From: Bdellovibrionales bacterium
Lineage (GTDB): Bacteria > Bdellovibrionota > Bdellovibrionia > Bdellovibrionales > JAGQZY01
Assembly: GCA_964230645.1 (NCBI GenBank)
Contig: CAXRHT010000001.1
Location: 704,001 to 768,000 of the forward strand
Length of the DNA stretch: 64,000 bases
Direction: 5' to 3'
In this document: positions 1 to 9,560 of the stretch, in pieces
Numbering within the stretch: the first letter of the stretch is position 1
How the letters are laid out: each line of letters starts with the position of its first letter
Notes under the pieces: model-generated
Told to the model about the DNA's origin: nothing
Database searches by the model: none
What the model saw: the letters and a program-made list of their open reading frames with translations, nothing else
Made by a program: the position numbers and the translations under genes

Positions 1-507
1 GTTTTCGGAATATTTATCTTTTACGTAAGCGGAGAGAGTTCTTAATTTGTCACCGATCGCCTCTTCATCAACGTCGCTACCAAGAAGTTCTAGCTCATTA
101 TTGAAATCATCGAGCAGTCGGTTCACCGTTTCAGGCTTCATGACTCGAACGAGTTCCATTATCTCCTCAATTGGGGTTTCACTCACCTTCACCCAACGTA
201 AGCCGTGTCCAGCCAAGCGGTCAGCCAACTGGTCAACGACTCCAGGGTAGATTGAATCTAACTCAAACTCCTGAGCTTTTTCCCTGAACATGGGTAAAAG
301 ATTAAAGTACCCACGAAATTCAGAGTAAGTTCGAATGCTTCCAACTCCATCTTGAATTTCTAAAATCTGCTCCAATAAAGGTCCACTGGCCTGCCATTGT
401 GTCTTCTCGATATCCTCAACACTTGTTAGGGCTTGTACGTTAAGGGTACTCAAAAAGATAAGAACACTTAACAACAGGGAAGAGCCTTTTACTTTACGGT
501 TATTCAT
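1..507 (-). CDS. Secreted hypothetical protein (partial, runs off window start); last visible gene of the polysaccharide operon
   Basis: Not in the ORF track. Manual translation from ATG 505-507 gives MNNRKVKGSSLLLSVLIFLSTLNVQA-LTSVEDIEK..., open to base 1. Signal-peptide-like N-terminus, GAGGAG RBS, ATGA overlap with the upstream stop. Confidence 0.8.
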   Translation of the reverse strand, partial: MNNRKVKGSSLLLSVLIFLSTLNVQALTSVEDIEKTQWQASGPLLEQILEIQDGVGSIRTYSEFRGYFNLLPMFREKAQEFELDSIYPGVVDQLADRLAGHGLRWVKVSETPIEEIMELVRVMKPETVNRLLDDFNNELELLGSDVDEEAIGDKLRTLSAYVKDKYSEN

Positions 508-2276
508 TTTAACTCCTCAATTTCTACATTTTCGATATTTTGGTTTTCTTCTATAAATTGATCTAAATTAATAAATTGGTAATCGAGTTCTTTGAGTCCC
601 TTGACGAGCCTTCTGAGTTTTCTATCATCTCCAAGGTAGTCACCAATTCCGTCATTCAGATAATGATTGAGTAGGTAGGGATGAAAGAATAAAGAGGCCC
701 AACAATCGCGAAGAACCTTGTTGCGTTTGGCATCCGCTAAGATTTCGTCAACCGAACGGGGCCACACGACATGATCACTTTTAAACGGCTGCGGGTTTCC
801 TAAAATTTCAGGGACAATGCGCTGACCATAATAATCTCCGAAAATCTCGTAAGGATAAAGTTGACCAAACCAGTTTCCTTGAGTTTCGACTTCGAGGTTT
901 TCAAAATAGTCTTTTTGCCTTTGATGGATTTCTTCCGCTTGGCTGTTGAATTGTAATCCTTTAAGCTCCTCTGTCGTCCACTCAGGGAGCCCGGAGGCCT
1001 CATTGATATAGTAGATCACACGTCCCACATTCCACTTAAAAACCTTTCCGAAAATTTTGTAATCAAGTGCTGAGGCTTGGTAGTGCGGCGTTAACCAAGC
1101 TTGTGGGTAAATTCCCATTTGCTCAAAATAGCGAAATCCAAGATCTAAACGGTTAAGAACATAGCTAACACTGTCCTCTTCAATGGGTTGATTGTTGTTA
1201 GCGTCCCAGAACTCAAAGTCATCAGAACTGTAACCGCTATGGGGGTTGGGAATGTCGCGATATTGGTGAGTTACTCCATGCCATATAAAAACGGAGCCTC
1301 GTTGTTTTTCTCTCTCAAGCCAAAGTTTAAAAGGTTCGTACTGGGTCATCGTCACCCATTCTTGCTCAGGCTTGCGGTCGTAACGATAAAGGGGATCATA
1401 AAATATGGGGACTAAAGAGATATGCATGGGCACATTTTCTTCTCGAAAGACTAAGGAGAGCCTTTCAAGCTCACGAATATTTGTAAGTGGATGAACATCC
1501 TCAATACGAATCAGTGCTAAGGGATTAGGATGACGAGCACTCTCACCTAAAACATCAAAAATTAAATCGCTGAACACTAAATAGCGATCCGACTCATGAA
1601 TATAACTAAATGGGATATCAGCCACATAGAAATGATTTTTCTTTCGAATAATGTAAGGCGCCTTTTCATCTGTCACGGGCTGATGGGCCCAAGAGAGAAT
1701 CTGAGCATCACTTCCCTCTTTGGTGGGATTTAAAACCACCATTTCAAAAGGAGAGGCGAAGACCTGCTCCCCATCTCTTTCTACGAACTCACCAAACTTT
1801 TTAAACTGCTCGCCTTTATAAGAAATGTTTTGAAAAAAACTAGGCTTCCCGTTGGAATGAAGATTCTCTTGATCCAATTTTGTCAGATGGGAGTATTGTG
1901 CTGAGAACATCTCGCTTTGAGCCTCTGGCGAGTAAAGCCATATAGAGTAGCCAAGCCACGCCACATTTCTTTGAGTATTTTTGAAATCTTCAAGAAAGGC
2001 CAAAGGGATGTCGTTTTCAAAATAGCTTCCAATATAAAATGTAGCCTCACACTCGTCGATCTGACCAGGCTTATAGTTTTCAACAGCACCGACTCGTTGT
2101 TTCCAATCGGGGAAGTGCCCCAATAGATTCTGTAGATAGATTGCGTAGGTTTTTCCGAATACGTAATCAGTCGGGCCTTCATCATAATAGACATTAACAC
2201 ATTTTTTTCCACTGTCCGCCTGCGCATTCAACGGTAAAAATATAAATAAGAATAAAAAACAAAAAATAGTTTTCAT
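504..2276 (-). CDS. DUF2334-family secreted polysaccharide deacetylase-like protein (NodB/CE4-like fold)
   Basis: Motifs LIRIEDVHP, WHGVTHQ and TPHYQAS. Start reset to MKTIFCFL (ATG 2274-2276; ATGA overlap, signal peptide ending AQA). Confidence 0.75.
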   Translation of the reverse strand: MKTIFCFLFLFIFLPLNAQADSGKKCVNVYYDEGPTDYVFGKTYAIYLQNLLGHFPDWKQRVGAVENYKPGQIDECEATFYIGSYFENDIPLAFLEDFKNTQRNVAWLGYSIWLYSPEAQSEMFSAQYSHLTKLDQENLHSNGKPSFFQNISYKGEQFKKFGEFVERDGEQVFASPFEMVVLNPTKEGSDAQILSWAHQPVTDEKAPYIIRKKNHFYVADIPFSYIHESDRYLVFSDLIFDVLGESARHPNPLALIRIEDVHPLTNIRELERLSLVFREENVPMHISLVPIFYDPLYRYDRKPEQEWVTMTQYEPFKLWLEREKQRGSVFIWHGVTHQYRDIPNPHSGYSSDDFEFWDANNNQPIEEDSVSYVLNRLDLGFRYFEQMGIYPQAWLTPHYQASALDYKIFGKVFKWNVGRVIYYINEASGLPEWTTEELKGLQFNSQAEEIHQRQKDYFENLEVETQGNWFGQLYPYEIFGDYYGQRIVPEILGNPQPFKSDHVVWPRSVDEILADAKRNKVLRDCWASLFFHPYLLNHYLNDGIGDYLGDDRKLRRLVKGLKELDYQFINLDQFIEENQNIENVEIEELK

Positions 2277-3334
2277 TGACCTAGCTCCTCTTGCACTCGC
2301 TCCCCTTTCCAAAAAGAATGAGACATTTCTTCCCTGTAGGCTCGTTCTGCTTGTGGAGAGGATGTCAGGCGAAAGTCCGCAGACCCGTCCTCCAACCATC
2401 CCGGAGAATTCCAATAAGTGATGGCTTTAATTCTTTGATACTTGGGATTCATTCGAATGCTACGTAGACTTTGCTGCAGCCAACGGGCTTTTTTATCCTG
2501 GTCATTTCTATGCTCGATCACAGCAAACTCTGAAATCATAACCGGTTTAAACAATGAAACACTTTCCAGTTGCGGCCAAAAATAATCGAGCTTATTTTCG
2601 AAAAGGTACCATTTGTGAGTAGGTAGCTGAGCGCCAAAAACAGAAAGGCCTATCCAGTCAATGTAGTCATCACCAGGATAGTAAAAGGCCGCCTCATTCC
2701 ACCAAGAATGAGGACTCCAAGAAGTATCCACATGAAAGACCCAAGTGACATTGCTCACTTCTTCTTGGCGAAAAATTTCGATGATCTGACGATAAGCATC
2801 CCTAAAACTTTCAGGACCGTCAGGGACATTGGGGTCGCCATAACCGGATCTTTTCCCGCCTCCATTCCATCGGCCATTCCAAGCAAACCAATCACCATTG
2901 ACCTCCGGCCCAAATTCCAAAATAAGTGGTTTACCATAAGCTTTGGCCTGTTGGGCCCATCGGCGAAGGGGCTCATCGAAGACACCTTGAGCGAAATCCT
3001 TCATTTTGTAATAAGGATCCGGTCCGCTTGTTCTCATCTCTACCCAAGGGAGAAGGCGAATATAGGGAATGACTTCAGCCCTATCACAAGCTTCGACACT
3101 GGCTTGAGGGAAAAGAATCTCGCCGCCCAGCCAATTGTTTGAAAAATAATTCCACACTAATTTTTTACCAACACGATCTTCATAGTCCTTAATGTTTTCC
3201 ACACTGACATCACTAGCTCCCCCACCGGCATCCGTGTAGGCACCGACGTAGGCACCCTCCACAGGGGGGTAAACCTTTCCTGAGGCGTGGGAGATTTGAT
3301 GACTAAAAAGAAAAAGGACAAGAATTCGTTTCAT
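2273..3334 (-). CDS. Secreted glycoside hydrolase family 26 (beta-mannanase-like)
   Basis: FGPEVNGDWFAW (acid/base Glu), YYPGDDYIDWIG, KPVMISEFA (nucleophile Glu); signal peptide. Confidence 0.8.
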   Translation of the reverse strand: MKRILVLFLFSHQISHASGKVYPPVEGAYVGAYTDAGGGASDVSVENIKDYEDRVGKKLVWNYFSNNWLGGEILFPQASVEACDRAEVIPYIRLLPWVEMRTSGPDPYYKMKDFAQGVFDEPLRRWAQQAKAYGKPLILEFGPEVNGDWFAWNGRWNGGGKRSGYGDPNVPDGPESFRDAYRQIIEIFRQEEVSNVTWVFHVDTSWSPHSWWNEAAFYYPGDDYIDWIGLSVFGAQLPTHKWYLFENKLDYFWPQLESVSLFKPVMISEFAVIEHRNDQDKKARWLQQSLRSIRMNPKYQRIKAITYWNSPGWLEDGSADFRLTSSPQAERAYREEMSHSFWKGERVQEELGQ

Positions 3335-3337
3335 TGG

Positions 3338-4603
3338 CTATTCCTTAAAATACTGATCTAATACAGCTTCTGTTTCTTCTTTGCCGTATGGAGAGAATCC
3401 ACGATCTTCGCTACCGTGAAAGTTAGGATTAAGAGAAATGTCCCAGAAAGCGATTCCATCAAACCAAGGATAGCCCGGCTCCCAGAAACCGTTAAAGAGA
3501 GCTTGGTAAGAGATGGCTTGGTGTTCGATATTAAGAGGACCTTGAGCCGTGGCGTAGGTAAAGGGATTGATAAAAGCATTTTCAACACTACGGTAGCCCA
3601 CCTCTTTTAAAACCACTTTTTTTGCAACACCGGTCATAATCTCGATATCAAGAAGAGCAGTGTCCAGTTGTGCACTGTAGGCCATAGAACGCTGAGATAA
3701 AAAGGCCAGTAGCCCATCTCTGTCGGCTGGTAGATCATCAGATGGAAAGGCAAAAGACCGGTACATATCAATTCCTATTCGATCAAGCTCAGTCCAAAAC
3801 TGAATGAGATTCTGCCATATCTCATTTTCTTCTGGATCTTCAGGTTCAGCGAGATCGACGAGACGATAGCGCCAGCGCTCAAGCTCCCCACCAGAACGAG
3901 TGAGTCCTTGAGTCGAGAGAGTGTCGTCGGTAAAATTAATATCGTAAGCAATGCGGGTGTTCGGAATTTTTGCTTTTACGTAACGTAGAAGTTCTAACCA
4001 ACGCCCAGGAAACCCATGGGGATATTCCGGCCATTGATCCTCAATACCTACAGTCATACTGTAAAGTTCCGCTCCGATTGTGAAATCGTCGACTTTTGCT
4101 AAACGAGCGATCGTGACGTAGCGATCAAGATAGAGCTGAAACTGTTCGAACCAAGTGTTGGGGTTTGAGGGCTGAATATTTCCATGCCACCAAACTTTGG
4201 TGGTACCATCTTCAAGAACCTCTTCCACTGGAAATTCACCATTGGGTCCTACCACAAAAACGATGGGACGAATGCCAACAGTGAGTCCCTGATCATGAGC
4301 ATACCTGACCAGAGAAGCCATTTCTCGAGCTTCGATTCCTATAGGTCCGCTTCCTGTGACTGGTTCAATGGAGTTGGAAAAAGGTCCAATCATTTTCGCG
4401 CGAACGTTTAAAATGATATGGTTACCTCCAAGCTCGACCACTCGGTCTACGGCCTCTTGAGCTTTGGTTTTTTCCTCACCTGCGGGGTTAGCTTTATAGC
4501 GAAACTCACCATTTTCAGTCAGGTTAAAGCCCTTTACGGACTGTCCCCACAGTGGCTGACCTATAAGTAAAGCTATACTTAAAATAAAAGTAAAGCGTGT
4601 CAT
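3338..4603 (-). CDS. Secreted glycoside hydrolase family 113-like TIM barrel
   Basis: WHGNIQP, FTIGAEL, DRIGIDMY, VVLKEVGYRS and GFSPYGK match the GH113 pattern; signal peptide. Confidence 0.7.
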   Translation of the reverse strand: MTRFTFILSIALLIGQPLWGQSVKGFNLTENGEFRYKANPAGEEKTKAQEAVDRVVELGGNHIILNVRAKMIGPFSNSIEPVTGSGPIGIEAREMASLVRYAHDQGLTVGIRPIVFVVGPNGEFPVEEVLEDGTTKVWWHGNIQPSNPNTWFEQFQLYLDRYVTIARLAKVDDFTIGAELYSMTVGIEDQWPEYPHGFPGRWLELLRYVKAKIPNTRIAYDINFTDDTLSTQGLTRSGGELERWRYRLVDLAEPEDPEENEIWQNLIQFWTELDRIGIDMYRSFAFPSDDLPADRDGLLAFLSQRSMAYSAQLDTALLDIEIMTGVAKKVVLKEVGYRSVENAFINPFTYATAQGPLNIEHQAISYQALFNGFWEPGYPWFDGIAFWDISLNPNFHGSEDRGFSPYGKEETEAVLDQYFKE

Positions 4604-5946
4604 AAAATGATCTCCTTATTATTCTTTTTCGAACTATTCTTAATTAAATTTTGAGGTAAAATTGGAAATGTGTGTTGTGTTTTTTTCCACTGCACTTCTT
4701 TGCCTAGAACTTGGTTTACGAAAAAATCTTTTCCCGCCAAAATTCCCGCACAAGTGTTAATCGTGATAGCCAGCGGCCAGCGTATGGGAACGAGTAGAGA
4801 TTGTTTCGTACCATGGTGGAATTTCACCCATTTCATTCTCATCACTATGCGAAACAGCATAAAGACAAGGTTACTCAGCAATAAACCATTGATAAAAATA
4901 TCATCCACATCAGGATCGATGATCATTTCCACCGACAGAAGCACTAGGCAGTTTATAGAGACAAAAGGGGCTAAAATAGCTTTACGATCCCGCCAAAGAA
5001 AGTACCTTTGGTTAAACTCTCCAAACCATCCCAGACGCTGCCAACCTTGATAACAAATCCCCATAGTCCAGCGCGCTTTCTGACGAATGGAAGCTTTGAA
5101 TGAGGAGGGAAAAAATTCTCGGGTCGCAATGAGTTGATCGGTAAAAGTTTGCATATAACAGGCGAAAAGAGAACGAAACCCAAATTGGCTGGCTCTTAAC
5201 CCCAGGATATAGTCCTCTGTTAAATCCTTATGGGGAAACAAAGCCCCTTCTTGTAAGTCTCTAAAATAAAGGACCAGGTTTCTCTTCATACAAGTTCCCA
5301 CCCCAGCCGAAGGGATCGCCGCTTTTGTGGCCTGGCGAACCAAGAGATCTTTGGAATGAATTTCGGCAAATTCATCAAGATAAGTTCCGCCCACAAAATT
5401 AAGTGAATGACGATTGAAACTTAAGACGGGAGTCTGAATGAAGTCGTAATTGCTTAAGTTCTGTCGATAAAGAAGTAGGGACGACGGATCAATAAGGTCT
5501 TCCGAATCGTGCATAATAAAGGCATCAAAACGAAGCTTATTTTCTTTTTCGAAATCGAGAATTCCATTAATAAGTTCATCAAGCATTTGCCCTTTATAAG
5601 TCGGACCATTTTTACGATTAATCACGCAGTGAACATTGGCAATACTGTTTGCCAGGGACTCGGCGACAGTTTTTGTGGCCTCGTCATTAGGATAAACACC
5701 TAAGAATATATGGGTGTTTTCATCAAGAAGAATTCCAGAATTGGCTTGAACCATTTGAGCAAGCACTTCTTCTTCTTTCCAGTTAGCCACCATGATAGCA
5801 AGCTTTCTCTCTCGGTCTCGATCGGAGATGGAATTGTTCATCCCCGTTGGTTTTAATTTCAACAGGAGACTTAACCAATCAATAAAAAGATCATCCATGA
5901 TGAAGATGAAAACAATAAGGGCCGAGAGAAGATACCAAATTTCCAT
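4600..5946 (-). CDS. Processive glycosyltransferase family 2, NfrB (phage N4 adsorption protein B)-like
   Basis: GVYPND, MHDSED (DxD-like), PSAGVG, LTEDY, TREFFP, RQKARW and LWRDRK; N- and C-terminal TM helices. Confidence 0.85.
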   Translation of the reverse strand: MEIWYLLSALIVFIFIMDDLFIDWLSLLLKLKPTGMNNSISDRDRERKLAIMVANWKEEEVLAQMVQANSGILLDENTHIFLGVYPNDEATKTVAESLANSIANVHCVINRKNGPTYKGQMLDELINGILDFEKENKLRFDAFIMHDSEDLIDPSSLLLYRQNLSNYDFIQTPVLSFNRHSLNFVGGTYLDEFAEIHSKDLLVRQATKAAIPSAGVGTCMKRNLVLYFRDLQEGALFPHKDLTEDYILGLRASQFGFRSLFACYMQTFTDQLIATREFFPSSFKASIRQKARWTMGICYQGWQRLGWFGEFNQRYFLWRDRKAILAPFVSINCLVLLSVEMIIDPDVDDIFINGLLLSNLVFMLFRIVMRMKWVKFHHGTKQSLLVPIRWPLAITINTCAGILAGKDFFVNQVLGKEVQWKKTQHTFPILPQNLIKNSSKKNNKEIIL

Positions 5947-6764
5947 CAGTAAAAACTCCCGGAAAGAACTAGGAGGGCGTCATACTGGCCAGGGTTGATA
6001 TTACTCGATAGAGAATAATGCGTGAGGGCACCAATATAAAATTTGTCGAGACGAGTATTTAATCGCGCTCCAACTCGAATCTCGTTTTCGAGAGGACCGT
6101 AACCGATGTCTCCACTTTGTCTTGTGAAGCCTTCAAAATAGGGATCAATGCTGAAAGTTGAATTGAGCCCTTTCGAATAGCCAAGCTTAACCCATGTGGT
6201 AAATACAGAGCGTTCACTAACTCGGTCTATTTGAATCCAATCACCATAGGTTTCAAAAAAGGCTCTCTTGAAAAGAAATTTTTTATAGTAATAAATAAGT
6301 CCCACACGCAGTTCTTCGCTTTTCCAGTCTCCAGCCAAGGACTCCGTTCGATAGATAAACCGTTTCTCTGTAAACAAGGACAAAAAATAGGGATAAGGCA
6401 AAATATCAATTGATAAGCCCACGGTGGGCATAACGGCGTTCTCTATGGCAAGCGGAGCTCCTTCGTTTGAAAGGTCACGGGTGAAGCGAAGACCAAAATA
6501 GGGCTGAACCCGTTCTTTAAGAAAATAGAAGCGATTGTAAAAGCGGGAATCGGTCACAGCTCCGTCAAAACGAGAGTCGTAATAAGTCTCCGAATAAAAC
6601 TTACCTTCTAACTTCACCCCTCCCAATTCCCCTGCCTGCAGCGGATTTGAAAGAAGAAGGAGTAAAAAACTATGAAAAAATGACAGCTTCAACTTGCTCA
6701 AAAACAACCCCAAATTCCTCTTTTTCTTTACGACTAGGCCCCCTTTTATGAGAATTTCCGGCAA
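5946..6764 (-). CDS. Putative outer-membrane beta-barrel protein (possible polysaccharide export pore); start uncertain
   Basis: Signal peptide ending LQA, alternating aromatic beta-strands, C-terminal aromatic residues (SGSFY), TGATG overlap with the GT2 gene. Confidence 0.6.
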   Translation of the reverse strand: MPEILIKGGLVVKKKRNLGLFLSKLKLSFFHSFLLLLLSNPLQAGELGGVKLEGKFYSETYYDSRFDGAVTDSRFYNRFYFLKERVQPYFGLRFTRDLSNEGAPLAIENAVMPTVGLSIDILPYPYFLSLFTEKRFIYRTESLAGDWKSEELRVGLIYYYKKFLFKRAFFETYGDWIQIDRVSERSVFTTWVKLGYSKGLNSTFSIDPYFEGFTRQSGDIGYGPLENEIRVGARLNTRLDKFYIGALTHYSLSSNINPGQYDALLVLSGSFY

Positions 6765-6823
6765 TGGCCAATGTGCGTCATTGGTTTTGTAAGAGGTAAA
6801 GGGTGTTTTGAAGTTTTTTTACA

Positions 6824-6848
6824 AAAGAAACAACAGTTGTGCTTTTTG
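6824..6848 (-). terminator. Possible intrinsic terminator downstream of the DUF1554 gene
   Basis: Imperfect hairpin AAAAGAAACAACAGTTGTGCTTTTT with A/T tracts. Confidence 0.35.
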
Positions 6849-6890
6849 TATTTAGTTCATTTGCAGGGATGATAGTGGGTTACAATGAAA

Positions 6891-7535
6891 TTAATTGTTA
6901 TTGGGCTCCACAAAACAAAGAATAGGGTAGCTCTCATCACAATCGTCATCACCGTCAGACCATCGATCCGAATCATCCCATGTAAAGTCTCCGACCTCAC
7001 CCGTGTCGTCAGAAGAGCTTGATGACCAATTCTCACAATGGTTGCCGGAACCACTTGTTGGCCAATGGGTGTCTGATCCGGTTCCTCGCCCAGTCCAAAC
7101 ATTGTCATCGTAATTAAAGTTACTTGTTATATCCCAATCATTTTCATTACCAGGTCCCCGTCCCATGCTATTAGTGGTAAAACTAGCTCCTCCGATACCA
7201 ACGCTATCAACTTTAGCAAAATAGTAAGTGGTATTGGGGCTTAAATTACTGCAGCCGGATCCGTCACATAAAAAGGACTTCACTCGCGAAGAATCGAGTT
7301 CACAGGCCGAACTTTTTCCTCGCCAGTTGTAAGTGGTTAATTCAATCAAGCAGGTAGCATCTGCTCCCGATCGTCCTCCTAAATTTCCAGTACTCGAATT
7401 CTTAGAAAGTATAAAGTAGCCATGGGAAACAACGCACTCTCCTGATGGTGACCAAAAACCAAAAGGAATGGGCTGAGCCTTCCCCAAGCTATGAGTTAAG
7501 ATAAAAAAAGATATTAAATATTTTATATTGAGCAT
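6891..7535 (-). CDS. DUF1554 (endostatin/Len-like) secreted protein
   Basis: GNLGGRSGADATC, VWTG, C..W and ILCFVE motifs; Cys-rich; start reset to MLNIKY. Confidence 0.7.
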   Translation of the reverse strand: MLNIKYLISFFILTHSLGKAQPIPFGFWSPSGECVVSHGYFILSKNSSTGNLGGRSGADATCLIELTTYNWRGKSSACELDSSRVKSFLCDGSGCSNLSPNTTYYFAKVDSVGIGGASFTTNSMGRGPGNENDWDITSNFNYDDNVWTGRGTGSDTHWPTSGSGNHCENWSSSSSDDTGEVGDFTWDDSDRWSDGDDDCDESYPILCFVEPNNN

Positions 7536-7637
7536 TGTCTCTTTCCCTATCGGATAAAAAGGCAATCTCAGAAGTCTTTTTCTTAATTAAAGACAATTTT
7601 TAAAGGAACGAATATTCGTGTTTTCGTTATACTTTCT

Positions 7638-8159
7638 TTAAGGATTTAATTCTGGGTATTTTTCATTGGGTTTGATCGAAGGTTTGTTTTCTTCAGGCGC
7701 TGGTGCAATGGGTGTTTTGGACTTTGTCGACTCAAGTTTCAGTTTCTCTTCTTTAGAGACAAAGCGTGGTTTTATCTGGGGTCTAGGCTTGAGTAAATAT
7801 TGAGGATTGTCTTTACGCTTTTCTAGAAAATCAGAAACCCTCTCGGCGGCCTTCTCACTATTTCGTTTATAAAGGATAGGGTCAAACCCGCAGTGAGGAC
7901 ACTTTAGACTCTCGCGGTAACGGACTCTTAAGAACACCTGAAAGCAAAACGCAAGACTCATAAAAATAAGAAGTGATCTTAAATCTGGCCCGCCCCAAAT
8001 GGCATAGGCTAGAAGTCCAGTGACGAACAACAAAAGACCGCCGTCAAAAATAGAGACCTCTTTCTTTAAATACACCCTATGGTTTAATCGACAAAATGCA
8101 CAGACTCGGTTTTCAGATGTTTTAAATATCATCCTTCTATTATGAATCATTCTAGCCAC
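7638..8159 (-). CDS. Hypothetical membrane protein with split Zn-finger motifs
   Basis: CAFC, then two TM helices, then CPHCGFD; Lys/Pro-rich tail. Confidence 0.75.
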   Translation of the reverse strand: MARMIHNRRMIFKTSENRVCAFCRLNHRVYLKKEVSIFDGGLLLFVTGLLAYAIWGGPDLRSLLIFMSLAFCFQVFLRVRYRESLKCPHCGFDPILYKRNSEKAAERVSDFLEKRKDNPQYLLKPRPQIKPRFVSKEEKLKLESTKSKTPIAPAPEENKPSIKPNEKYPELNP

Positions 8160-8261
8160 CAGCTAAAGTCGAGTGTTTTATTCTCTCCATTTTCCCTACA
8201 AAAGGCTTAAATCGCGCTTAGATTAAGCTTCTCGCTGATTTTTAACCTCTTAGTTCCTATA

Positions 8262-8897
8262 ATGGAATCTATGAAAATACTTACGATAGTTTCCATTGTT
8301 TTGTTGGCGGCTCCGGCCTTTTCTGATTACGAAAACTACGACGATATTGTGAATAAATTGTCGAAGTACAGCACCGATGACCTTAGAGAAAATCAAGCTT
8401 ATCGTGCTGAAATTCGCACTTACTCGAAAGTTCATCTTGGTCTTGGTCTATCACAAACATTTTATGATGCTGATGCTGTGGCCTTAAATAGTCGTATGCA
8501 AAATCAGGGGGGATTAATGATCAACGTGGGCGTTGATATTCTTAATCACAACTGGGGACTTGAGGGCTCTTACTCCAATTTTGGAACGGCCAATACGGAC
8601 GATACTCAAATTCGATTGCGTGAGTTCGCCATTAAGGGTTTGTATAAACCCTCAATTAATAAAACCTGGAGTATGAGAATGGGAATGGGAGTTAGCTCTC
8701 GCTTCCTAGATATTTCTAATGCCGCCACCAATGAGTCTTATAAAACTCCTAGTGGCTTATTTTTGTTTGGAGTTGACAGCTACATTAGCCAGCTCATTAG
8801 TGTGGGAGCCGATTTAAGTTTTAAAACGGCGATGATTAACGACACTATAGACAAAAACTCTGTCGACCTCTCGTTTAGAGTCGACACTCACTTTTGA
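8262..8897 (+). CDS. Outer-membrane beta-barrel protein (OmpA/OmpW-like small barrel)
   Basis: Signal peptide, amphipathic strands, C-terminal Phe. Confidence 0.75.
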   Translation: MESMKILTIVSIVLLAAPAFSDYENYDDIVNKLSKYSTDDLRENQAYRAEIRTYSKVHLGLGLSQTFYDADAVALNSRMQNQGGLMINVGVDILNHNWGLEGSYSNFGTANTDDTQIRLREFAIKGLYKPSINKTWSMRMGMGVSSRFLDISNAATNESYKTPSGLFLFGVDSYISQLISVGADLSFKTAMINDTIDKNSVDLSFRVDTHF

Positions 8898-9496
8898 TGA
8901 TTGAAGAAACAAAAAAAGAACTTCCTGGTTTATTTACTTATCTTTGGGCTTTCTTAAAAAACCCACTCCAGGAAATAAAAGAAATACCTCGCATCCACTG
9001 GTCAAGCCTTGTGGCCTTTCAGTTCTGTTTGAGCTTGATCTCTGTTGTTGTCTCCAATCTACTTGCCCCTTTTGCTATTACCTTTTTCAATGTCATTCTC
9101 TCTCTTTCAATGGCCATCGTTGCCACTGGTTTATCAGCGCTGTTTTTTTACTACTTTTTTCTCATTCTTTATGAGAGGCAGCTCCCTTTTTTAAAAATTT
9201 TCACCCTTGTTCTTTTTGCTCATATTCCGTTTGCGATCTTTCATCTTGCTGTCTACTTTTTCCCTCCCTCTGATTTGATCGGAATTGGAATTTCAGCCCT
9301 TCTAATGATTGTGGGACTTGTTGAGAACTTTAATATTCCAAGGAAATTGGCGATCAACTTAATGATAGGGCTCTATTCTGTCTTTTTTATCTATTGGGCC
9401 ATTCATCTTTACACCATTCAGAGCCACCAGGACCTCTCCACCCCACAGGACTTGGATCATATTGAGAAAGAAGTGGATGCAATCTTTAATCAGTAG
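8894..9496 (+). CDS. Yip1-family-like multi-pass membrane protein
   Basis: FLKNP start motif, about 5 TM helices, overlap with the upstream gene. Confidence 0.65.
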   Translation: MMIEETKKELPGLFTYLWAFLKNPLQEIKEIPRIHWSSLVAFQFCLSLISVVVSNLLAPFAITFFNVILSLSMAIVATGLSALFFYYFFLILYERQLPFLKIFTLVLFAHIPFAIFHLAVYFFPPSDLIGIGISALLMIVGLVENFNIPRKLAINLMIGLYSVFFIYWAIHLYTIQSHQDLSTPQDLDHIEKEVDAIFNQ

Positions 9497-9560
9497 CTCT
9501 CTTAAGACTCAGAGCTAGGCCTAACTTCTAAATAAAAATAATTTTTGGTACAATTGTACG

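Noticed and set aside
2277..2414. N-terminal extension of the DUF2334 ORF
   Set aside because: It overlaps the GH26 gene; the signal peptide, RBS and ATGA coupling support the start at 2276.
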